From NCBI GenBank assembly GCA_025360345.1, contig JANYCJ010000137.1, positions 768-64,767 of the forward strand: a stretch of 64,000 bases of DNA, written 5' to 3'. Shown here one piece after another: positions 36,623-45,741 of the stretch. Position numbers and translations under genes: made by a program. The notes under the pieces were generated by a model. That model had not been told where the DNA came from, did no database searches, and worked only from the letters and a program-made list of their open reading frames with translations. Numbering within the stretch: the first letter of the stretch is position 1; the number at the start of each line of letters is the position of its first letter. This DNA is from Alphaproteobacteria bacterium. Its GTDB lineage: Bacteria; Pseudomonadota; Alphaproteobacteria; Rickettsiales; SXRF01.

Positions 36623-38882
36623 GAGAGTTCTCCGAGTTAAGAGTGAAGTAAAATACCGTGCCTATTCCGCTTTGCGGAGTTTCCACCCAGATGCGACCAT
36701 TATGCTGTTCAACGATTTTCTTAACGATGGCTAAGCCTACTCCACTGCCGCCGCCGAACTGGTCTTTGGCGTGCAAGCGCTTAAAAATAGAAAAAATGGC
36801 AGAGCGATTTTCCGGTGCTATGCCGATGCCGTTATCGGATACGAAGTAGGCATTTTTAGCCATGTCGAACCCTATGTCAATCACAGGTATTTCTTTGTTA
36901 TATTTCACAGCATTACCGATTATGTTCAACCATAATTCACGCAACCGCTGGGGATTTCCTTTTGCAGGCGGCAGCGAGTTCATCATACGGATTTCAGGCT
37001 TTAGTTCCGCGCGGCTGGCGCGAAGGATGTCTATGGATTCTTCTACGAGCTCCCGCATGTCAACTGGTTCGGGGATGAAGCTGCCGCGCCCCAACCGTGA
37101 GAAATGCAGCAGTGACTCAATCAGCGAGTCCATGCGTTTTGTGAGGCGCAGCAGGCTCTCGCTACGTTTTTCGGATTCTTCATCCTGACGCTGCGTAGCA
37201 TCTTCTTTCAGGTAATGGGCATAATGGTAAATGCCACGCAGGGGCTCGCGCAGGTCGTGGGAGGTAACATAGGCGAAAGCATCCAGCTCCTCATTACTGG
37301 CGGCAAGTTCGCGGTTAAGGCGCGAGACATTTTCGCTGGTGGCCACCACCACTTCCATAATAGCAAGGCGAAGGCGGCGGGCAGCCTCGACTTCAAGGGC
37401 TTTCCACGGCAAGGAGTGGCCGCGCAGCTTTTCCTGCCAGAGGGCGAAGGAGGAGCGCGGCATTAGCCGCTCGCCGCCGGGGCTGTCCACCACTTTTTTG
37501 CTGTAAGGGTCACCGGCCCAATTCACAGTTTGAACCACTTCACCACGGAACCATAAAATGAGGCGGTCATTACTGCGGGAAATGGGCACGGCTAAAAGGC
37601 CGCTGGCGGTGTCTTTGCAGATAGACGCAGCAGGCAGGCGCTCTGAAAGGGCATGGGTATGAAGGATTTCGGTGCCTAGCGGGGCGGTGCTAAATGATTG
37701 CTTCACCCATTCGGCAATCGCTTGCAACATGCCCTGATTGGGTACTGCACCCTGGGTGTGCCATTTGCCGTTTTGCAGCAGTGCCACGCCGTCTGCCTCC
37801 ATAAAGCCTGACAGGCCCAAATTGATAAGTTCGGGCAGTTCACGGCCTTCGGCGAGCATTTGCTCCATCAGCCCCTGAGCCGATTCTTCAAGACGGGCGC
37901 GATAGCCGGCGAATTCGTTTTGCTCTATCGCTGAAAGTTGCAATGAGGCAGTTTGAGCCAGAAGTTCGCACACGGCACGCAGCGGCCAGGGAATGATTTT
38001 GGGAGAGTAATGATGGCAGGCGACAAGGCCCCAGAGCTTTCCCTCCACAACGATGGAAAGGGTAAAGGCCATTTCCACGCCCATGTTTTTCAAATAGTCC
38101 GTGTACATGACACTTGCCCCGCGCAGAAAGCTGTATGTCATGTCCAGCGGCTTTTGGGTGATAGGGTTTACCAGCGGTATGATTTCCGACTGGATATAGG
38201 AGACGGAGGGAAGCGGGCGCACCCAGATTTTGCGGAAGATGTCGCGGGCAGGCTGGGGAATATCTTCCGAGGGGTAGTGCAGGCCCAGATAGGGGTGCAG
38301 GTCTTCACGCTTGGCCTCGGCATAGACCTCACCGCTTAAATCTTCCATGAAGCGGTATATCATGACACGGTCGAGGCCGGTGAGCTTGCGGATTTCGGTA
38401 GACAAGGTGCGGCAAAACTCCCTGAGACCGGGAGACTTCTGGAGCCGGGCAATAATTCGGTTTGCGTCGCTATAGGCCTGTTCACGGCTTATGGACATGG
38501 GGATGTCGGCGTCTTCACATTCCATGATAAGCACACCGTTATGCAGGTGCAGAAGAGCATCGAGCTTTTTATCATGCGGCGTGAAGCTGAAAAGGTAGCG
38601 TGGATTGGTTTCGATACTGTCTTCTTCCAACGCTGTGCGCAGGAGCGTGGCATTTTCCTCGCCCACGAGCGCCATGAGGGGCTGGCCCACCACATCGCCG
38701 GGGGCTTTATTCAGCCATTCCTGAGCATTGTCGCTAACCTGAATAACGGTGAGGTTCTGCGGGTTCAGGGCAAGCAGGCAGCCAAAGGGCTGGATGCAGC
38801 CCGGGATATGCACGGGCTCACGGTCGCAGTTGGTAAGGGTAACTTCGTTGTTCTTCAGGGAATAAGCGTAGGAGAAACCCAT
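36615..38882 (-). CDS. bphP: Bacteriophytochrome histidine kinase
   Basis: 755 aa. The N-terminus TLTNCDREPVHIPGCIQPFGCLL carries the biliverdin-binding Cys context. PAS-GAF-PHY follows, then the H-box YVTSHDLREPLRGI and an HATPase domain (DNGIGI, GGSGVGLAI). Confidence 0.93.
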   Translation of the reverse strand: MGFSYAYSLKNNEVTLTNCDREPVHIPGCIQPFGCLLALNPQNLTVIQVSDNAQEWLNKAPGDVVGQPLMALVGEENATLLRTALEEDSIETNPRYLFSFTPHDKKLDALLHLHNGVLIMECEDADIPMSISREQAYSDANRIIARLQKSPGLREFCRTLSTEIRKLTGLDRVMIYRFMEDLSGEVYAEAKREDLHPYLGLHYPSEDIPQPARDIFRKIWVRPLPSVSYIQSEIIPLVNPITQKPLDMTYSFLRGASVMYTDYLKNMGVEMAFTLSIVVEGKLWGLVACHHYSPKIIPWPLRAVCELLAQTASLQLSAIEQNEFAGYRARLEESAQGLMEQMLAEGRELPELINLGLSGFMEADGVALLQNGKWHTQGAVPNQGMLQAIAEWVKQSFSTAPLGTEILHTHALSERLPAASICKDTASGLLAVPISRSNDRLILWFRGEVVQTVNWAGDPYSKKVVDSPGGERLMPRSSFALWQEKLRGHSLPWKALEVEAARRLRLAIMEVVVATSENVSRLNRELAASNEELDAFAYVTSHDLREPLRGIYHYAHYLKEDATQRQDEESEKRSESLLRLTKRMDSLIESLLHFSRLGRGSFIPEPVDMRELVEESIDILRASRAELKPEIRMMNSLPPAKGNPQRLRELWLNIIGNAVKYNKEIPVIDIGFDMAKNAYFVSDNGIGIAPENRSAIFSIFKRLHAKDQFGGGSGVGLAIVKKIVEQHNGRIWVETPQSGIGTVFYFTLNSENSHA

Positions 38883-38883
38883 A

Positions 38884-39480
38884 TCAGCGTTTTCCTACCC
38901 AGTTGCGAAATGCCTCGAACATCATGCTGGCAGCCTCCACACATGCATCCTGTTCGGGTTGAGTGGTGATATTGCGGCTTAGCTCGCTGCTGAATTCGCG
39001 CCAGTTGGGGCCGATATCCTTGCCTGCGCCAATGAAAAAGCTGGCTCCGCTGGAGGCATCCCAGCCTTTTTTTGCAGCTTCCCGGGCGATAATCTGGCCG
39101 CCAAGGGATGCGCCTTCAATCACATAGCGGCAACCCCACCAGCTGGAAGGAGATTCCATGGAAGGAATTGCCGCGCATTGCGGAAGCGCACGAATATTTT
39201 CCATGTTCATGCCCAAGGATAGCAGGTCGGCCATCAAGAGCGGTGTTTTGCTGATGCACTGCACATCCCCGGGTGCATGGGCTGAAAAGGCTTTGTCGGC
39301 GGGCGCATAAAAGCCATAGAAACGGCTTAGCATGTCGCGATACCGTTCTAAGGAAGACATATTTCTCAGTATATCCACCTGCTGTTCTGTGGCCTCGTGC
39401 TGGGCAGCGGTTTCTGCGCGGAGGCGGAACATGATATCGGGGCCGTTATCTGGTTTTGGCTTGGCAGCGGGCGGCGTCAT
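38884..39480 (-). CDS. bphO: Haem oxygenase (biliverdin-producing)
   Basis: 198 aa. The sequence …LRAETAAQHEATEQ…FYGFYAP… is haem-oxygenase-like. Its stop lies 1 nt before the bphP start. Confidence 0.8.
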   Translation of the reverse strand: MTPPAAKPKPDNGPDIMFRLRAETAAQHEATEQQVDILRNMSSLERYRDMLSRFYGFYAPADKAFSAHAPGDVQCISKTPLLMADLLSLGMNMENIRALPQCAAIPSMESPSSWWGCRYVIEGASLGGQIIAREAAKKGWDASSGASFFIGAGKDIGPNWREFSSELSRNITTQPEQDACVEAASMMFEAFRNWVGKR

Positions 39481-39502
39481 TCACTTTACCTTGGTCTTTT
39501 CT

Positions 39503-39537
39503 GCTATCAGGTTTTTACAATTAATTTTATTGATAGC
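39503..39537. promoter_or_regulatory. 7-bp inverted repeat GCTATCA-N21-TGATAGC upstream of bphO
   Basis: Read directly from the sequence. It lies 23-57 nt upstream of the bphO ATG in an AT-rich spacer. Its role is unknown. Confidence 0.2.
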
Positions 39538-39785
39538 GAGATAAATTATATTTTGTTTTGATGGCCGTAAATATTCCATAATGAATAGAAGCACTTCCGG
39601 TAAGAAATCACCCCTTTATACAGGGATTTCGTCTATCAAAGGGTGGAGAAACCCTTAGTTTACCCTCTTCTAAATGGTTGAAATTGCTGCGCAGAAGGGT
39701 TTTTGATGTTTTTTGTCATGGAAGTGTCACTTCATGGCGGGCCGAATATGGTATAGACTTATCGTGTAATGATTTGGGGAACTTC

Positions 39786-40046
39786 ATGCTGATAATGAAT
39801 TTCGATGATGAGGCTTATGTTATCGATGTGCCGCGCACCCATGATAATGATAACTGGCGCATCTGCGCGGCGTGGACAAACCCAGTTGAGATGCTGCAGG
39901 CCATACGCCAGCGCAAACAACAGCTGAAGCGCGAGCTGATGGCTGATTTTCGTTTGCGCAGCTGCCCGGAGCACAGGATCACGTGGGACATTGCCCAGGC
40001 CATGGAGCGTTGCGCGCTGCTGCATCTCTACGCGATGCGCCAATAG
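39786..40046 (+). CDS. Hypothetical small protein
   Basis: The ORF 39678..40046 is shortened to the internal ATG (MLIMNFDDEAYVIDVPR…). No family was recognised and the start is uncertain. Confidence 0.35.
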   Translation: MLIMNFDDEAYVIDVPRTHDNDNWRICAAWTNPVEMLQAIRQRKQQLKRELMADFRLRSCPEHRITWDIAQAMERCALLHLYAMRQ

Positions 40047-40092
40047 TTTTTTCTTAGTGACGCTACGCGCCTGCGGCGTTATGGTGTGGCGC

Positions 40093-40530
40093 ATGAAAAC
40101 AACACGCCCCGCACTTTTCCTATTCGGACTGATGTGTACCGCCCTGCCCTTGCGCGGCCAAGCGGCGGACTCCAAGGGTTTGTACCAGACACTTTATTAC
40201 ATCCCCTGTTCGACCTATGCCGAAGACCGCAAAGAGCCGGAAAATTCCGGCAAGAACGCGGTGGACAAGATTTACGTTAGCGGATGGCTCTCAGGATATA
40301 ATTACCTGACGCCCAACACGTTTGACATTGCGCCCGACCATAATGTGGACAAGGCGCTGGAGTGGCTCGACGGTTTTTGTGCAAAGAAGCCGCAGAGCAG
40401 CCTTGAGGCAGGGCTGCTGCAGCTAACGGATGAGCTATACCCCAACCGCATGAAGGAAGCGCCCTCTGCTAAGCCGAAAGCGCCGGAAACGCCTTTCGAC
40501 GATATCCATTTCCACATTCAGGATAAATAA
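40093..40530 (+). CDS. Hypothetical secreted protein
   Basis: The signal peptide MKTTRPALFLFGLMCTALPLRGQA is followed by a soluble domain of about 120 aa with 2 Cys. No family was recognised. Confidence 0.55.
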   Translation: MKTTRPALFLFGLMCTALPLRGQAADSKGLYQTLYYIPCSTYAEDRKEPENSGKNAVDKIYVSGWLSGYNYLTPNTFDIAPDHNVDKALEWLDGFCAKKPQSSLEAGLLQLTDELYPNRMKEAPSAKPKAPETPFDDIHFHIQDK

Positions 40531-41342
40531 CGACGCTTTGCTTTGAGGGCCGCGGTGAGACAGAAAAACACCACGATACCCAGCAACGGCAATGACAGCG
40601 ACCAGAGCGCGCTGTGCATGATATAAGCCGTGTCACCATAGGCGATATAGGCGATAGTGAAGGCGGTGCCGGACCAGAGCAGCGCTTCGCTGCGAAGGCG
40701 GAAAGCAGCGGTAAAGCCAGCGGCAATGGCGGCGACATAAGCGATTTCAGCCCAAGAGCCGCGAACGAGATTGAACAAGGTGGCATAGAACAGGCAGCAG
40801 CCAAGCACATATGCAGCGGGGCTTAAAGCATATGCCACGGTGCGGCGCAGGCCGTGGCCCACCAGCAGAAGGGACACGCCAAGGCAAAGCAGTACGGCGC
40901 GCTCTTCACCGCCCAGCATATGCAGCAGGATGAATGCGAAGCCATACAGAAAAATAATGGGGGCGGTGAGGATGAATGGAATGCGATATTGCATGTAAAC
41001 GGCGGTTTCCTGCGCGGCCATGAAAAGCATGACAGCGAGGCTTGCGGCGCTGCCTAAAGCGAGCTGGGGGAAGATTTGCGCGACGAGGACATAGAGTCCC
41101 ACCGCCTCAAGAAAGGCGGCGGCGGCGAACAGGCAGCAGCCCGGAAGGCGGGTGGGCAGGGCGGCAGACTGCCATGCCATCATGGCCAGCACATGGAACA
41201 GCATACCGCCACCCAGCGTTGCGATGATGCGTGTGTTGCCACCCATGTTCTGCCAGAAGGCAGCAAAGAACGCGGCTAAGCCGACATAGCCCAGAAAGGC
41301 GGCGAAATAGAGAATCGCTTCTGCTTTGGTGATACGGGTCAT
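40518..41342 (-). CDS. Polytopic inner-membrane protein of unknown function
   Basis: 274 aa, almost entirely hydrophobic helices (about 8). It overlaps the upstream gene by 4 nt. Confidence 0.6.
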   Translation of the reverse strand: MTRITKAEAILYFAAFLGYVGLAAFFAAFWQNMGGNTRIIATLGGGMLFHVLAMMAWQSAALPTRLPGCCLFAAAAFLEAVGLYVLVAQIFPQLALGSAASLAVMLFMAAQETAVYMQYRIPFILTAPIIFLYGFAFILLHMLGGEERAVLLCLGVSLLLVGHGLRRTVAYALSPAAYVLGCCLFYATLFNLVRGSWAEIAYVAAIAAGFTAAFRLRSEALLWSGTAFTIAYIAYGDTAYIMHSALWSLSLPLLGIVVFFCLTAALKAKRRYLS

Positions 41343-41929
41343 GGCACGATCCAGCCTAGGAAAAGCGGAGTGGGCCTGCCTGCGCCGGGAGGGGCTGGAA
41401 TGGGAAATTGTTTTGGCCCGCGCATAATATAGGCAAAGGCGTCGTTGTCCCCTTCCCAGAGGGTGAAGGGCGAGCTGCGATTTTCTCCGGTGCGGAAAAG
41501 ATAGTGATCGGGCGCGAGGGTGGCGGGATCAATCTTCAGGTTGTCCACCCCGGGCAGCGGCACGGGATGGGCGGGCTCTTGCTTGCTATCGGAATCGGGG
41601 CGGTTATAGGGGCGCACCAGCGGCACATCACGCGGGCGGGGAATGGGGATTTCCTCGGAAAGACCGGTTTTGGCGTGGAAGCGGTAAAGCTGGGGCCAGC
41701 CATAGCCGAAATTTTCGCCTACGAAAGTGGCGGCCACGCGATTATGCAGCACATCGACATGCAGGGTGTTTACCGCACCGCTGGCATAATTAGTGAGATA
41801 CAGCATATCGTATTGCGGGTCAGGCACGGCGAGGCGCGGCAGGTAGTGGGTGAGGCACAGCCAGCCCGCCAGCACCGCCGGCAGGGCAATGCCTGCGAAC
41901 AGGCTGGGATTGCCGCGCCAAGCGAGCAT
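41339..41929 (-). CDS. Membrane-anchored protein of unknown function
   Basis: 196 aa. It has an N-terminal helix (LFAGIALPAVLAGWLCL) and then a Pro-rich soluble domain. Its start shares a TGATG overlap with the ogt stop. Confidence 0.55.
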   Translation of the reverse strand: MLAWRGNPSLFAGIALPAVLAGWLCLTHYLPRLAVPDPQYDMLYLTNYASGAVNTLHVDVLHNRVAATFVGENFGYGWPQLYRFHAKTGLSEEIPIPRPRDVPLVRPYNRPDSDSKQEPAHPVPLPGVDNLKIDPATLAPDHYLFRTGENRSSPFTLWEGDNDAFAYIMRGPKQFPIPAPPGAGRPTPLFLGWIVP

Positions 41930-42423
41930 CAGCTTTGCGCTTCGTGCTTGAGCAAGAATTCTTTCACATGCATACCGCCCGCATATCCGGTGAGTGCGCC
42001 GCTGGCGCCGATGACACGGTGGCAGGGCACGATGATGGACACCGGGTTCCTGCCATTGGCCATGCCCACGGCGCGGGCTTTTTTGGCGTCCCCTACCCTG
42101 CCTGCCTGTTCAGCATAAGAAATGGTCTGACCATAGGGGATGTTCTGCAATTCTTTCCACGCCATGAGCTGGAACACGGTACCGCGCAGGTCGAGCTTGA
42201 GGTCGAATGTTTTGCGCTTAGCCGCGAAATATTCGCCCAGCTGCTTTTCTGCGCGCAGCAGCAGCGGGTGGTTATCGTTTTCAGCCAAGGGCAGGCCGCT
42301 GAAATATTTCATATGGCTCGCTTCTGGAAACAGCACCGCGGCGAGGCCTTTGTCTGAAGCGATGAGTTTCAGCCTGCCGAAGGGCGCGGCGACTTCTTTA
42401 GACTGGAAAGGCTGCTGCAACAT
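41929..42423 (-). CDS. ogt: Methylated-DNA--protein-cysteine methyltransferase
   Basis: The active-site motif is IIVPCHRVIGASGALTGYAGG. The start is set at the internal ATG (MLQQPFQSKEV…) with a GGAGCC element upstream; the longer track ORF adds an implausible N-terminus. Confidence 0.88.
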   Translation of the reverse strand: MLQQPFQSKEVAAPFGRLKLIASDKGLAAVLFPEASHMKYFSGLPLAENDNHPLLLRAEKQLGEYFAAKRKTFDLKLDLRGTVFQLMAWKELQNIPYGQTISYAEQAGRVGDAKKARAVGMANGRNPVSIIVPCHRVIGASGALTGYAGGMHVKEFLLKHEAQS

Positions 42424-42480
42424 GGGGGCTCCTGCTTTTTTTACGGTTATAGCGGATTCCGGGGCGGGGTTAAACATTAA

Positions 42481-42508
42481 AAAAGGCCGGTGGTGAGACC
42501 GGCCTTTT
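42481..42508. terminator. Bidirectional rho-independent terminator downstream of sbp
   Basis: AAAAGGCCGGT-GGTGAG-ACCGGCCTTTT. The stem is GC-rich and flanked by A-run and T-run sequences. It lies 37 nt after the sbp stop. Confidence 0.8.
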
Positions 42509-42544
42509 TCTTTTTCCCTATTATAACTTAGCGGCGGATCAACG

Positions 42545-43549
42545 CTACTTGGCGTAAATCTGATCGAAAGTTCCTTTGTCGTCAAAGTGTTTTTTCTGCG
42601 CTTCTTTCCAGCCACCGAAATCCTTGATGGTTACCATATTGATTTTTTTGAAAGTGGAAGCAAATTTCGCAGCTACGTCCTTATCGGACGGGCGGTAGAA
42701 ATTCTTTGCGGCCAGTTCCTGCGCTTCGGGTGAGTAGAGGTATTGCAGGTAGGCAGTTGCTACATCGGTCGCGTTTTTGCGGTCGGTGTTTTTATTGACC
42801 ACGGCTACCGGGGGTTCGGCAAGGATGCTCAGGCTGGGGTACACGATTTCATACTGTCCGGGCGCTTGCTTCTGGGCAAGGAAGGCTTCGTTTTCCCATG
42901 CGATCAGCACATCACCGATGCCGCGCTGGACGAAGGTGGTGGTGGAGCCGCGGGCGCCGGTGTCAAGCACGGGCACGTTTTTGAATACGGTGCCGATGAA
43001 GTCCAGTGATTTGGCCTCGTCGCCAGCGAATTTCTTGTCGGCATAAGCCCAGAGAGCGAGGTAATTCCAGCGTGCGCCGCCGGAGGTTTTAGGGTTGGGG
43101 GTGATGACCTTCACGCCGGACTTGGCCAGATCATCCCAATCCTTGATGGCTTTGGGATTACCTTTTTTCACCAACAGGACGATGGTGGAGGTATAGGGCG
43201 AGCTATTATTGGGGAATTTGCTCTGCCAGTCCTGCGGCAAGAGCTTGCTTTTTTCGGCGATAGCGTCGATGTCATAAGCCAGCGCGAGGGTGACGACATC
43301 GGCCGGGAGGCCGTCGATCACGGAGCGCGCCTGCTTACCTGAGCCGCCATGCGACTGGGTGATCTTCACGTCCTGACCGGTTTTCTTTTTCCAGTATTCG
43401 GTGAAGAGTTTATTATAGTCGTCATACAGTTCGCGGGTGGGATCGTAGGACACGTTGAGCAGTTCTACGGGGTCGGCGGCGAAAGACGGCACGGCGTGAG
43501 CGGTGACGGCCAGTGCGCCGATCAGCGCGAGGGTTTTGAAAATCTTCAT
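42545..43549 (-). CDS. sbp: Sulfate/thiosulfate ABC-transporter periplasmic binding protein
   Basis: 334 aa with a signal peptide. The motifs …[13 protein letters not shown]…[27 protein letters not shown]… are typical of Sbp/CysP. Confidence 0.88.
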   Translation of the reverse strand: MKIFKTLALIGALAVTAHAVPSFAADPVELLNVSYDPTRELYDDYNKLFTEYWKKKTGQDVKITQSHGGSGKQARSVIDGLPADVVTLALAYDIDAIAEKSKLLPQDWQSKFPNNSSPYTSTIVLLVKKGNPKAIKDWDDLAKSGVKVITPNPKTSGGARWNYLALWAYADKKFAGDEAKSLDFIGTVFKNVPVLDTGARGSTTTFVQRGIGDVLIAWENEAFLAQKQAPGQYEIVYPSLSILAEPPVAVVNKNTDRKNATDVATAYLQYLYSPEAQELAAKNFYRPSDKDVAAKFASTFKKINMVTIKDFGGWKEAQKKHFDDKGTFDQIYAK

Positions 43550-43573
43550 GTGAACTCCTTATGCGTGTGAATA

Positions 43574-45082
43574 TTAGAAGCGGAACTGGACTTCGGTGAG
43601 CAGGGCATTTTCAGACTCGCGGTCACCGCCGTTTGCAGCGCCACCGTCGAAGGTGGTGTGGGCATAATCAACATTGAGCTTTACGGCATTGTTCAGGTAC
43701 CAGTTGACACCGACGGCTTCTTCAAAGGCACTTTTGGCCGACGTGGAGGCGGTGGCGAAGACCCCGCCAGTAAACGTGTCTGGATCAACATGCAATGCGC
43801 CTACGCGGCCAGTGAGTTCGACTGCGCCCCAATGACCATGGGCCGGATCGAAAGGAGAGGTTGTGCGAACGCCATTGAAATTCGCGTCTTCGCCGGTCAC
43901 TACGTAAGTTGTAATGGCGGTCCAGGCATCATGCTTCAGGTCGCGGTTAGTGTTTAAGGTTGCATTGCGGACTTCCTGGCCTTCGAGCACATATTCGCCG
44001 AGGAGGCTGAAGGGGCCCTTGTAATACCAGGCCTGCGGGTTGGCGCGCCACTGGGTGCCATTGGTGCCGGTGTTGGCATTATAGGCGAAATAACGAGACT
44101 GGCCGATGGTCACGAAGCCGGTGCTCAGGCCGCCATTGGCGACGGTGCCGTTGTTATGCGTGCCGTAAGTGCCCGCCACGCCGAGGCCGATGCCCGAAAA
44201 CCACGGGTTGCCGATCCAGCGGAAGGGCTGGGCGAAGATGCGGCCATCCACATCGCGGTGGTTGTCGGTGTCGCCGTTGCTGTCAACAAGGTCGGGAGAG
44301 CCGTTGGTATAGGCGATCTGGTATTCGAGCTGGTCGGGGATGATTTCACCCAGCAGCATGGCGCCATGGTCGCGGAAGGGCACGAGGTTGGTGGTCTGGC
44401 CGCGCTCGGCGAAGAGAAGTTCCTGCTCAGATTCCCAACGTTCCAGCCCCACGGGGGATTTGAATTTGCCGAGGCGGAGGTTTACCAGACGCGAATCGGG
44501 CATGGGGTGGGTATCTACATAGGCGTCGAGCACACGGGCGTTGCCGCCGCTGAAATCAAGCATAATGCGGCCATTGAAATAGTCGGTCATCTTGGTTTCG
44601 ATGATGGGGCGTGCGCTACGCAGCAGGATATTGTTGGTGGTGCTGGTTCCGTTGTCGAAGAAGTTGCGGCTTTCGGCCTGCGCGTAAGCAGCGAAGCGCA
44701 ATTGCCACTGTTTGTCCGGCGAGGTGACAGAAAGGCCCTTGCCGTTACCGATTTCGATGGCGGGAGTTTTTTCGGCGAGGGACTTGGCATTATCATCGGC
44801 CACTTCCTGCTTACGCTCGACGATGGCGAGGCGCTCGTTTACGCTGGAAGCAGGCACGGCTGCAGATTTGGTTTTCTTACCGGCGGCAGGAGCGAGATTC
44901 GCATCGGCGCTGGCGTCGGCGGCGGCGAGTTTTTTCTGGGCCTTTTCGCGGGCTTCCATCTGGTTGAGGCGCTGCTCAAGCATTTTGACTTCTTTGCGCA
45001 GCGCCTCTGTTTCGGCATCGGCATGGGCAAGTGCGGGGGCGGCCACGCTGAGCAGCGTGGTGGCGAGGAGGAGTTTTTTCAT
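43574..45082 (-). CDS. OprO/OprP-family anion-selective porin with N-terminal coiled coil
   Basis: Start set at MKKLLLATTLLSVAAPALAHA. A coiled-coil segment follows (EALRKEVKMLEQRLNQMEAREKAQKK), then beta-barrel-type alternating sequence ending in …LLTEVQFRF (C-terminal Phe). Confidence 0.75.
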   Translation of the reverse strand: MKKLLLATTLLSVAAPALAHADAETEALRKEVKMLEQRLNQMEAREKAQKKLAAADASADANLAPAAGKKTKSAAVPASSVNERLAIVERKQEVADDNAKSLAEKTPAIEIGNGKGLSVTSPDKQWQLRFAAYAQAESRNFFDNGTSTTNNILLRSARPIIETKMTDYFNGRIMLDFSGGNARVLDAYVDTHPMPDSRLVNLRLGKFKSPVGLERWESEQELLFAERGQTTNLVPFRDHGAMLLGEIIPDQLEYQIAYTNGSPDLVDSNGDTDNHRDVDGRIFAQPFRWIGNPWFSGIGLGVAGTYGTHNNGTVANGGLSTGFVTIGQSRYFAYNANTGTNGTQWRANPQAWYYKGPFSLLGEYVLEGQEVRNATLNTNRDLKHDAWTAITTYVVTGEDANFNGVRTTSPFDPAHGHWGAVELTGRVGALHVDPDTFTGGVFATASTSAKSAFEEAVGVNWYLNNAVKLNVDYAHTTFDGGAANGGDRESENALLTEVQFRF

Positions 45083-45264
45083 GGGGGTTTTTCCTAATGA
45101 TGACATGGGTTCCGTGTTCCCTTTCTTTAAGTTGCTTATGCAGTGAGGGGTGGTTACGGCCCAGTGTTCTGGTTGCGTAATTCCTCTGTAACATAAATTC
45201 ATATAGAATCAATAGGGATTTCGCAGCTATTGTTTCTAAGCGGTTTTTCGCCTATAGATGACGT

Positions 45265-45738
45265 ATGTATAAAGTCCTTTTTGTATGCACGGGAAATATC
45301 TGCCGCTCCCCCACCGCCGAGGGCGTGCTGCGCCGCGCGGTGGGCGTGGCGGGGCTGGATAAACAGGTGCAGGTGGATTCTGCGGGTACTTCCGCTTTTC
45401 ATGCTGGCGATGCGCCGGACATGCGCTCGGTGGCACATGCGAAAAAGCGCGGCATCATGATCGAGGGTTTGCGCGCGCGCAAAATTGCGCCGGGAGATTT
45501 TGACGAATTCGATTTGATCCTCGCTCTCGACCATGAGCATTTAAATTATTTGCGGCGCGCGAAACCGGAGGGCGCGCGGGCGGAAGTGGCATTGTTCCTT
45601 GCCTATGCGGGTGTGGAAAGCGCCTCGGACGTGCCCGATCCTTATTACGGTGACGCGCATCATTTCGAATATGTGCTTGACTTGATTGAGTCTGGTGTCA
45701 AACCTCTTATGGATAAACTTCAACAACAAATACGGTAG
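45265..45738 (+). CDS. Low-molecular-weight protein-tyrosine phosphatase
   Basis: 157 aa. It has the P-loop VLFVCTGNICRSP and a downstream DPYYG. Confidence 0.9.
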   Translation: MYKVLFVCTGNICRSPTAEGVLRRAVGVAGLDKQVQVDSAGTSAFHAGDAPDMRSVAHAKKRGIMIEGLRARKIAPGDFDEFDLILALDHEHLNYLRRAKPEGARAEVALFLAYAGVESASDVPDPYYGDAHHFEYVLDLIESGVKPLMDKLQQQIR

Positions 45739-45741
45739 GAT

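Noticed and set aside
44156-45097. 313-aa plus-strand ORF
   Set aside because: Antisense to the OprP-like porin, which has a beta-barrel pattern and a C-terminal Phe. No motifs were found in the ORF.
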